The notes below the pieces were generated by a model. It did no database searches. It saw nothing but the letters and a program-made list of their open reading frames with translations, and was not told the DNA's origin. The position numbers and the translations under genes were made by a program. This document shows, piece by piece, positions 52,868 to 63,500 of a DNA stretch of 64,000 bases; position 1 is the stretch's first letter, and every line of letters begins with the position of its first letter. Origin of the DNA: Utricularia gibba (Eukaryota > Plantae > Magnoliophyta); assembly GCA_002189035.1 (NCBI GenBank), contig CM007992.1, forward strand, positions 310,001-374,000, given 5' to 3'.

Positions 52868-54668
52868 ATGGTGAGCGAGAACGATCCCTCTCAGGTAGAG
52901 TTACGCAAGAATTTAGTGACTGTAGTAGGATTTGGAGGGCCTATTTGTTAATGTGTTCTTTGCTTTTTTATACCATGCCATGCAATGCAGGTGAAATTTG
53001 GGAGAGTTACGTGGGTTTCTTTGGTGGATTCATGGTTAAAAGTGTTGACTTTGGGTTCATTTGCTGCTCTGCTTATTGCCTGCTTCATGATAAGTCTTTT
53101 TTCGAAGGATTTTGCTATCAATAAGCTTATCGATTCAGAATTCTGGTCAAGAGTCTACAGTGACTGGAGATCTGTCAGCGCTTTGGATCCTACCCATTCT
53201 CATTCAGCTACGAAAAATGGCAGCAATGTAAAACCATGGATCTCGGCTGATTATGGAAAGAACTACTCGTTAAATCTTGTTGATAGATGGCTGACTCCTC
53301 TTGAGGGTGAACCCTGTAAAAATTCAAAAACTGTCGGGATTAGATTTCTCAATCCAAAAATCAATAACAAGAGTGTGTTGTTGTCAACTGGGGATATCCA
53401 TGACTTTGTTTTCCAAGCAATTGATGAAGCTGGGAAGGTTCATTGTCTAGGAGGAGACTACTTTGAGATTGATCTTTCAGGAGGGAGATGGAAATCCCGG
53501 CCCCCGATACAGGATTTGAGAAATGGATCTTATATATTTTCGCTTCAAGTTCATCCTGATTTTGTTGGAAATTACACTCTGACCATTACTCTCTTGTTCA
53601 GACATTATGAAGGCTTCCAGCTTTCCACTGAAAGATTCTTTTTCAACAAGGTGGTTGGTGTGATTCCGATTGAATTCTACACATCCTCGTCCCAGTTGCC
53701 CAAAATAACCCAATGCAGAAGCAAGGATTATTCCAGAGATGTTTGGTCTGGACGATGGACTCGTCATGCAAGAAATGATAGCTGCCCAGTTAGTGATGAT
53801 GGAAGATACAGATGCCAGAAACGAGACTTCCCTTGCGAAAAGCCATGGTGTGAGGGTCCATTAGGATCTATAGAGAGCAATGGATGGGTATATTCAGCTC
53901 ACTGTTCATTCAAGATGTTTTACTAAAAATGAAGCTTGGAAATGCTTGAAAAACCGATGGATTTTTTGGTGGGGAGACTCCAATCACTTGGATACAATAC
54001 GTAACCTGCTTAACTTCATATTGGATTTCAACTATGGTGATCTTGATAGAAAATTTGAGAGCAACATCACCAATCCCCAGGATCATTCACAAGTATTGAG
54101 ATTGACCAATATCTTCAATGGCCATGCAGATCCATACAAGAACAATGAGGGTTTGAACTCATTGAACAGTCCAGAATGTAGAGCACATTTGAAAAGCTAC
54201 TTCTCAGGTAAAGTGATCCCAGACACAATCTTCATGAACTCAGGTCTTCATGATGGAAGATTTTGGCCTAACATTACCAGTTTCATCGGTGGAGCCGAGC
54301 ATGCAGCATCCTTTTGGAGAGAAGTGATGGATGAGGTACGATATAGAGGGTTAAAACCACCGGAGATTGTGTACCGTACAACGGTGGCAGCTGGCGGACT
54401 CTCTCGAAAGCAAAATCTTAATCCTCAGAAGATGGAGGCGTACAATGGAGCGATTTTGGAGAAACTTCGGAAGTATGCAGTTGTCAGGAAGGTGATTGAT
54501 GATTTCGACATAACCTTTCCTTGGCACTATGACAACAGGTGCAGCGATGGTATTCACTATGGGCGCATTCCTTCAAATACCAAGTGGATGGACAACATAG
54601 TTGGGCACCAGTACTTCGTCGATCTGATGCTTGTCCATATCCTCCTCAATACCATCTGCGTCACATAA
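52868..54668 (+). CDS. NXPE-like protein, copy E (1-nt insertion at 53918-53921)
   Basis: Exon 1 52868-52894 (MVSENDPSQ); ORFs 52985-53926 and 53880-54668 join if ATGTTTTACT is read as ATGTTTACT; WGDSN, NSGLHD, SDGIHY. Confidence 0.85.
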
Positions 54669-57341
54669 CTTACCTTTCTTCTCTTTGTATGGCGGGCGAT
54701 GTAAAAACAACAAGGCATTGCTCATCATCCCGAGAACGAGGCTGGAATTACAATCACTTATCATCCTTCCATTTCCATTTCTTTTTGCTAAGATCTGAGA
54801 TTATGAAGAACTGCAGTTTACAATCAGCATTCACTCTCTCCTTCCATCATTCTTGCGGTTCCCTTCACTATTTTTTTTATTGAGTGATCGTTTTTGTGAT
54901 TTGAATGCTTAAAGGTTATGATCAAATTGCATTTGCATCTCGATAGTTGGGTATCGCAATTGGGGCAAAAAAGTCGTTGGTCATCCATGAGAATTTCTTT
55001 ACCCCATCATCATCATCATCTCTCCCCCTGTTTCAAGAATCAATTTTTACTTCTGGTAACGAATACTCGAGCATGATCGTTCTATATCAGACTGAAATTC
55101 TGCAAGGCGACTTATTTCCCAGGTAGTTAGCTTCTTTTGAATCTCTTTCCGGTGACTCATCTTCGTCCCTTGTTTTCTCTACTGAACCAGAAGCTATGGA
55201 GCGTTATATTCCCAGCTTCTCTGAAGCCAGGGGTTCATCCATTTTGTTTGCTTTTGATAAGTTTTCAAAGCTGATGCTAGACTTTTAATGATTAGTATAC
55301 TTTTTCTCCTTTGTTACATGGTGCCAGGTTTACAGTTGTGTGGATATACTGATCTTTCAGGAGTGTCCCTTTTTCATAGTCAGAAAATAGCAACTACACC
55401 ACCCCACTTAAAACTTATGCGACCTAACCAGTAGGATTCTGTGGAGTACCCATTACTTCGTAAAAGGATGACCTTATCACCTTAGCCAAAAAGGTGCATT
55501 TCTGCCTCCTTCGGTCTGTTACTCCTGAATCTGAGAAGGTAATAGGGATTCCCAATAGCATTTAGTGTCCAGAATTGTTGAAAACATGGCAAGAAAAAAA
55601 GTAGGCTCACCAGAGTTATTTTAAAAAAATGTGAAGCTTGTGTTTTAAAGGATTCAGTCCTCCCAAGAAGCCTAAAAAGGAGCTGGTTTCACTGAGATTA
55701 AAGGAGAGGAACATTGCATGTTTTCCAGTTTTCTCTTTATGTAGGGGACCATTTCAGTAGTATTTGGTTTGGTTTGCAATTACACCTGTGCAACTACCTC
55801 CAATTTTCACTTCTGCAACTTTTCTGATACACACTTGAAGAAAAGCAACCAGCCCAACCCCACCCTCATTGCTCATCGACAACTAACAAATAAGTTCCAT
55901 TTTCAACCCTTTTGACAGGTCCACAAACACAACACGTTGATAGATATCTTTGCATATGTGGAGAATGGGTCTGCACTTTGCTGGAATGAGTGGTTCTTGG
56001 CTGAACCAGCAACATCTTTTCCCTTCACACGCTTTTGTTTCTGTTGAAAAGTTCCAAAGAAACGTTGAGAGATATTGTTGGAAGGCAAATATGCCAGTGA
56101 CCCTAGAGCATACCCTCTAAACAAAGGGTCCACCTTCGCATGCTGCATGACAGTGGCAATAATGGTTTGTCCTTTGCAGATTCCTTCTTCTGAGGCATTC
56201 ACATTTGCATTTATTTTGTTTGTCTCTCGAGTCCCAACCCTTTGAAACATTTGCTGCAAACTGCAGAAACTCAACCACTAATCTCATCTCCAATCCTGGC
56301 TGCTGCTTCTGCTCCTCCTCCTGCTCCTGCTCATCACCATAACCTCATTTCTCCATTCTTCATCCCTCTTCTTCCACTTTCTAACCTGCACTCCAGTCTT
56401 CCCTTCCATTCTAGCTACTGGGAACCTTGCTTCTCACTAAAATGCCAGAGAAATGACCACCCAATGGTTCTCCTTATCTGCTAGCCATCCTTCCAGGCAC
56501 AGAATCATACTTCTGCTTCCTCATTCACAGAGGGGTAAGAAACAAATTGCCCCTACAGTCCTAAACTGTAATTTACTGTTTGTCCTAAGTGCAGGCAAGG
56601 ATGATGCTCTAACATTCTTTCCCCCCCACCTTTCTTTAATGGGCATGTTGTGGTCAGGGGTAGTTTTGTAAATGATAGGATATGATTGGTTGTTTATTGG
56701 GCCGGCCCATGTTGGTGGTCAGAGGGGACGCGGCATTCGTAGTTTGACCAGCCACGCCTTCTTTTTAACTAACCATGGTTAAGCCATAGCAGAGCCCGAG
56801 GAGCTCATCACCCGAAGAAGACAATTTTGGGAAAGAAATTACAGAGGGGTTTGGTTAGGGAGGGAGTTTGAGAAACACTAAAATCCATAAACAATGGGGA
56901 GCTTTTAAGTCTTCCAAAACAAAAAGATAAGAAAGAGGAGGAACAGAAGCACCGCATCCTCAAGCCAATTGAAGTGAGAGTTGGGTGAAAAACTTCTGCA
57001 TCCCCACTCTTCATTTCTTCTTCCCAGTGCCAGTCTGCAATTCGTTCGCTTCAGTGGTAACTTTATTTTCTCTCTCTGCCTCACACTCTTTCTTCTCTCT
57101 TACACAACAAATACTGCAGTTTTCTCGGTTTCCATCTCTGAAATAGAGGAAAGCCGAGACTGAGTAGAGGAGGTTAAATGTCGCTCAACAGTCGCCTCAT
57201 AGTCTCTCTTTCTTGTGCTCTCTTGTGAGTGCTTTCTGGGAGGGAGGGAGCTGACCCGTCTTCTTCTTTCTTTCTTCAGATCTATCCCATTTGATTTGCT
57301 ATTACTTGGGTTCGATCTGAAAAGTGTTTACAGTGTTTAAG

Positions 57342-59110
57342 ATGAGTAAAGAAGAGTTCTTGAAGACCCAGGTGAGCTTCTCTCGTACTCAGAGCATGTA
57401 GCGAAGCTTCATTCGGTTGTTTTTTTTTAATAAAGCTTTTACCTTGTGTCCTCTGGCTTTGCTTGTGACTGCAGACTTGTGTTCTTAAAGTCAATATTCA
57501 CTGTGAAGGGTGCAAGGCAAAGGTGAAGAAAGTGTTGCACAAGATCGATGGTACTGAATGGTTAAATTACTTCGCTTCGACTGTCACTCATTGATGTTGT
57601 TCAGGAAAAAATAAAGGGGGCTTGGTCTTTGTCAAAAAGCCAAAATCTTTAGCCATTTTTGCTGATTCTGATGGAAGTTTTGTGCGATGGGCTAAGTTCT
57701 TTTCTTTATCTTTTGCTTTTTCCTTTGTTTTTTCATGATTTTGTGTAGGTGTGTACACCACCAGCATAGACTCAGAGCTTGGAAAGGTGACAGTTTCAGG
57801 CAATGTTGACCCTGCGACACTGATCAAGAAGCTCAACAAGAAGGGAAAATTTGCAGAAATTTGGGGAGCAACGACGAAGAATCAGCTACCCAGCAATGTC
57901 AATAACCAACACCAGATGAAGAATCTGCAAATTGGAAATGGGAAAGGCGGAAATGGCAAGAATCAACCACCCCAAAAAGGAGCAGCGGTGAACTCTCAAC
58001 CGAAGGGTGGAGTTGTTGCTACTCAAGCTCAGAATCCGCAGCTTCAGCAACTTCAACAGATGAAAGTGTTGCAAGATCTGAAAAATCAGATGAAAGTGGC
58101 AGCGAATGACAAGGATCAGAAACCGGCGAAGTCGAATTTGCTGGAGGAGGAAGGACTGAGCGACGATGAGTTCGACACTGACGACGAATTCGACGATTAC
58201 GACGATGATGATGAGGATGAGTTCGAGGATGAAATTGGAGCTCCCCCAGTTAATAAAATGAAGCCGGTGATGGGAAATCCTCCGCAACAGATGGCGAATA
58301 TGATGATGAAGAACATGTTGAATGGTCAGCAGCAACAAGGGATGATGAAAAATGTTTCTAATGGTGCCAATCCCAAGAAGCCGATCGTCGTCGGGAATAT
58401 TCCGGCACAGTTCAACGCCGGAGGCGGCAACGTCGGTGGGAAGAAAGGCGGCGGCGGGGGGAATAATAGTAATTGTAACAATAATAATAATAGCAACGGG
58501 GGTGCTGGCAAAAATGGCGGTGGAAAAGGTGGCAAAAATGGAGGCGGAGCTCTGCCGCAGGATGGAAAAAACGGTGGTGGCGGTGACAACAAGAACGCCG
58601 GGGGCACGGCAGCGCCGGTGGTGGGCCTCCCAACGCGAGCAGTTTCGCGGGTAACGGATCCAAGAAAGCGATGATGAATGATGGACATCATGGCATGCCA
58701 AACATGATGCCCATGAATGCTGCTGTTACCGGGATGGGACCCACCGGTCATATGGCCATGGCCCACCCTCACATGACCCAGATGCCCAACAATCCCAGTC
58801 CCCAACCCTTCCCTCCCGCCGCCGGCGCCTACTTCCCACCCGCCGGAGCCGACCAAATCGGCGGAATCCCCTACACCCAGCAACAGCAGTACGCCGCCAT
58901 GATGATGAGCATGCAACAGGCCAACGGAAACGAGCGGTTCCAACCGATGGTGTACGCTCGGCCACCCCCGCCGTCAGCTACATGCCGCCGTCGTACCCTC
59001 CCCAACCTTACCCTTACTACTACCCGTACCCGCCGCCGAGATCCGGTGACCCCGCCGACGAGTACGCCATCTTCAGCGACGAAAACACTCAGAGCTGCAA
59101 CATAATGTGA
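57342..59110 (+). CDS. Heavy-metal-associated isoprenylated plant protein (HIPP32/33-like), two apparent -1 frameshifts
   Basis: Exons 57342-57371, 57475-57550, 57749-59110: [10 protein letters not shown]|[25 protein letters not shown] (HMA CxxC); C-terminal [12 protein letters not shown] (CaaX) restored by adding one base at G5 58600-58604 and one at C5 58965-58969. Confidence 0.9.
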
Positions 59111-59744
59111 AGAGACTGCTCTGATCTGCTCCTCCCCCCAACTACTTTCCCCCCAACGATTCCTAAAAGAGTAATCGTTTCGAATCAGTCGCGAGTCTAC
59201 CGAAGTGGCATGGCATGGCACATACAGTATCCCCCACCCCCGTCAATAATCCTTTTGTTTTTAAATATTTTCTACTCTTACAAAAACAAAAGCTAAATAA
59301 ATTATCCAATATTTAAAATGATTCTTTTTGTATAATATCTCCGCAAAATCATCGGATGTCGACACGTGGAGGCAGGAGTAATTAGTTGCACTGACACGTG
59401 ATGGATACAGATGGGGAAATTATACGTGCTAGTTTTAATATTATTATTTTTATTTTAAATGAGAATATTTTGTAATGAAGAAGGGGCCCGGCGGGTTGTC
59501 TTGTCTCGTCGTCGGCATCATCAGGTTCCGAAAGGAAAGATTCCTTGCCCCTACGCCTCCCTCTACACCTCCTTGTCCCACACGCTTTCTTCCATTCCCC
59601 TCCCAATTTTGGATTTTACCCATCCCAATTTTTAACATAATAAGTATTTTTTAAACTAATAAATTTACTTTTTTGGAACATAATAATTTATTGTAAAATT
59701 AATTTTGAAGAAACAAATTCACATGTTCCGACCGGCTCATTGTC

Positions 59745-60224
59745 AAAACGATCGAGACTTTACCATTTGGACACCATTTAACCATATGAGTGACTAAAGT
59801 GATGATACAACATCAATTTAAAGATCAGTCATCTTGAAGTTATTGAAGTTACATATTCATACATATAATATATATAAGGGCTCGAGCCAAGTAAGAATAT
59901 AATAACCTTAGACAAATTTAAGTATGAATAGAGTTACAATTTATATCTATGCTTGGTGTAGGTAATGTGGTACTGTTTTAGGATAACCCTTTATTGCTAT
60001 ATCATTGTCGTAATTTAACTATTTTCATACTGTTCAAAACGATTACTGCTGACAAGATCTAACACTTATCGCTATATTAGACTACCTCACTCCGATTTGG
60101 ATCCCATCAACTTCAAAACTAGATTTTCATGGCTTGTTGTGAAGGGCTCATGATCGAAACGATCGATACATTGCGATTCAGGCCATATGTGACTACAATA
60201 GAGATACAACATCAATTTAAAGAT
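59745..60224. repeat. Degenerate ~80-bp direct repeats about 400 bp apart
   Basis: AAACGATCGA..CCATATG(AG)TGACTA..GATACAACATCAATTTAAAGAT; the 22-mer is exact at 59804-59825 and 60203-60224. Confidence 0.7.
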
Positions 60225-60301
60225 GGTAATTGTATGTAATTAGTAAATTTTTTTAATAACCGGAAAAATGAAAGCAATTGGGTGCTCAAATTCCGAGGGG
60301 C

Positions 60302-60321
60302 GGGGGGGGGGGGGGGGGGGG
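60302..60321. repeat. Poly-G tract (20 nt)
   Basis: Seen directly; a short (ACTGCA)n run follows at about 60405-60430. Confidence 0.9.
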
Positions 60322-60926
60322 CACATGGGGTAATTAATTAGGATACGTACGCCCCCTAAATTCCTCCCTGACGCAAACTTTATTATTTATCATCGTCTAC
60401 TGCCACTGCAACTGCAACTGCAACTGCAACCACTGCCCTCCTGTCACTTTCCCCCTTCTTATTCTTTTCTTTTTTCTCCTTTCAATCTGTAATGTAATTT
60501 AAACACCTTCTATTTATTATTTATCATTCTCAAAATAGAAATTAATAATGTAATATAATTCTTTTTCTATTTATAACTTCATTACAGAATAGATTTTTAT
60601 TTTACTTTTATTTCTTATTTTCTTTTTCCAGAAAATTTATTTAATACTCATACTTTATTTAGAAAGATTAAAATGAGGAGCATGAAAGAGAGGGTGGGGA
60701 ACGCGTTTTATGCGGAAAAAAGAAGGCGGGCGGGTAACGGTCGAAGGGAAATCCCTCTTTTGACCCTGGGGATGATTCATAATTAAAAAAAGGGGGTAAA
60801 TCACCTTATTTGGATTAGGTTTTCCGATCCGACTGTTCCGCCCGACCCGAACAAGCAGCTCCCCTGTCTTCAAGCTCTGTGAACGACAACAGTCCCTGAG
60901 CGGGAAGACGTGTGTGACAATGGCGA

Positions 60927-61937
60927 CTAGGTGAGATCAGAGCTCTGAGATGCCTCACCTCGAAGAGCTTGCTCGTATGTCTGAAGTTGGCGCAGGAAGC
61001 CGGGGTTCGGACACACGCAGGGCCTTCTCAGCTTCACGTAGTCCAGAGCTTCCGATAAGCTCAGGCTGTTCTTGAACATCAGATAGGCTACAACGATCGT
61101 CGCGCTGCGGAAACGGGTGAGTAGGAAGGATGAGTCATGACAGTGAATGGACACGAAATCGATGTGGTGGATGGGACAGCATCGCACCTTCGTGATCGGC
61201 CGGCGAAGCAGTGAACCAGGACAGCGCCGTCGTTGCCTCTTGCTTCTTCTATGAAGCCAATGCACTCATCGAAAAACTGGGATAAGACCACATCTTCCCT
61301 ATCCGCCACTGCGTCGATCGGAAAACGAAACCAGCGCAGGAATGTATCAAACCACAACGGAAATCAAAGCCAAATGAGCAAGGATGGAGGCACAGCATTT
61401 CCTATGAAACCATGTAAACAAAACAAGCAGCTCCTTTGCTTTTCACACCATTGCACTTCCCTTTAGGATTGCATCAGAAACCACTTCGAAAAAACTGTCA
61501 AGTTTCTAGATTTATCTTATTCCATCAAGGACTATCAAGAAATGAAAAGACCGAGACGAAAAGAATCATGCATCACAGACAGTTCATCACTTCTAGATTT
61601 GGGTCGAGCTTAGAGCAAGACAGAAACCTTACCTGAAATGGTTTTGTATGTGAACTTCTCAGGATAAAGAGGCTGGAAATAGTTGGCTACAGTCAATATA
61701 TGCGTGATGTTAAACCTTCTGAGAGCATGCCAATTCTCAGCAGCTCCAAGGGAGCCAAGATAAAGACCCTAAGAAGAACAAAAAGAGAATGAAAACAAGA
61801 AGCCAAACACATAACTGGTGCACAGCAACGGATACCTTCTCAATTTCGCATGGAACGTTATCTTCCTTAACAAATCTTCTCGCGTTAACCACTTTCAGCA
61901 ATGCGGACACACGCTCTACGTACGAGTCATCCTCCAT
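60927..61937 (-). CDS. Dual-specificity protein phosphatase (DsPTP1/MKP2-like)
   Basis: Exons 61937-61836, 61768-61633, 61308-61188, 61104 onward: GLYLGSLGAA, ITHILTVA, VLVHCFAGRSRSATIVVAYLM, CPNPGFLRQL. The 3' end may use a further 63-nt intron (60958-60896), ending at about 60870. Confidence 0.93.
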
Positions 61938-62625
61938 AGCCGGACTAGTAACCGCAACCTTCAGATAAAAGGTGGATCTGCACATGAACAAGGAACCCAA
62001 TCAATTGGTACTCCAAATTTGGGGCTTCTAATCGCGGGATTGATCAAATTCATGGAATTCGCAGAAAACCCAGATGCAAAGAAAGAGTTTTTAGAAACCA
62101 CAACTCTTGGATTTCCCAAGATCATCATGAAGAAAAGAGGGAGACATCGCTAACCTACACCGGATTCAGCAAATTTGCTGCGGTTTGGGAGTTCTGCTAC
62201 ATTATTGATTCGACGTGGCATTATGCTTCACTTATACCTGATTATAATAAGATACACCATAATTAAGACATAAATGACTTTTCTTTCTTCTAAGATCTAC
62301 CAAAATCTCTAGCAAGAACTGAATCAGGCAAAGAAAACTTTTTTTCTCCCTAATTTAGATCATCCAAATGCTGGAATAGCGTAGGAAGTCAACAAAGATA
62401 GCGTTTTTATGGATCTTTCAGGCTATGGATGCAGGCCTGTCTGCTAATGCTCGCAAGCGCTTTTTCTTTTTTCTTTTTTTTTTTTTTTTGAAGAGCTTTG
62501 ACTTGACTAAGCAAAAGCAAAACAGCTAAAACCATAAACTTTAGGGATCCATGTGCTATTGAATTAGTGCCAAGAGGCGTGCCCTATTCATCTCCCTGGA
62601 CGAGGAATCTTGGGAAGACGAAGAA

Positions 62626-62847
62626 ATGGGCGCGACGGCGAGGATGAACGCCATGAGATCAGCGGTTGTGGTTTTGGGATCTTTAGCATTCGGGTACTTA
62701 ACTCTGCAAGTGGGTTTCAAGCCGTACCTTGAGCAAGCTCAGCATTTGGAGGATCAGCGGCGCCGCATGGCCGAGTCCGCCTCACCCGACGGCGCCGTCG
62801 ACGGGTTTGCACCGGACGATGGATTCCTAAAATCGGATGAAGAGTAA
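62626..62847 (+). CDS. Small (73 aa) single-TM protein of unknown function
   Basis: Clean ORF with a hydrophobic stretch (SAVVVLGSLAFGYLTLQVGF) followed by a charged/acidic tail; GC-rich coding-like composition relative to its flanks. Confidence 0.75.
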   Translation: MGATARMNAMRSAVVVLGSLAFGYLTLQVGFKPYLEQAQHLEDQRRRMAESASPDGAVDGFAPDDGFLKSDEE

Positions 62848-63500
62848 AAGCTTCTCTTCTCGTTTAATTGCATTCCCTTGTCTTGGCATCTTCACCTGCA
62901 TCAGCGACTCTGTTGAATTCAAGATTTGTATTCTTGAAATTTTAAAATTCGAACCCCAAATTCAAACCACGAGATTATCCTGGAAATGATGTCTGTTTAA
63001 GGCCAGACTAAACTTTGTCTCCACCTTCAAAATTGAAATTGATCTCAAACGGTCAAAAGTACATTTCCCCAAAAAAAATTGCGATTTTTTAAAGCCCACG
63101 AAAGCGGTTGAAGAAGACCTTCTTCCCACGCCCCCACGAACCCCATTCATTATTACAGCGTTTTCATTCCTCGTCCCTGTCTTCCTCCTCGTTCCTCGTT
63201 CACTGGTTGCTTTGCTAGGTTCTGGCCTACAGTCCAGGCTCCATTTTGAAGTTGCATTTCTTTTACTGGGTCGCATTGCTTGCCACTGTGGAAGCAGCCA
63301 TTGCTGCTTCTGCAAGTAAAGAAGTCATAGCCAGAAAGAAAGGGGAAAACTCCCTTCTTGGACTTTCTTAAACCCAACTCTATCATGATAAAAGTTGTCG
63401 TTCCAGCTGCAAGTTTCAAGTTTCTCTTTTGGGTGTCTCTTCTCCATTTCTGTCTCCTTGTTAATGCCCTGGAGAACAGAGTGCCTGTGTCTTGATTCAG

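Noticed and set aside
40378-54668. Calling the array genes cytochrome P450s (the label I recall for Arabidopsis homologues)
   Set aside because: No FxxGxRxCxG heme motif, ExxR or PERF motif; SGNH-type GDS and DxxH motifs are present instead.
55300-57000. ORFs such as 55903-56274 (123 aa) between the array and HIPP
   Set aside because: No motif or consistent exon chain found by eye; could be a lncRNA or intergenic.
16798-59110. A three-gene copper cluster including HIPP
   Set aside because: HIPP is about 35 kb away with many unrelated genes between, and appears to belong to a different ancestral synteny block; only the CSD-SPL7 pair is reported.
57886-59221. Long minus-strand ORFs (271, 205, 116 aa) over the HIPP gene
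   Set aside because: Antisense shadows of GC-rich low-complexity coding sequence; no domain.
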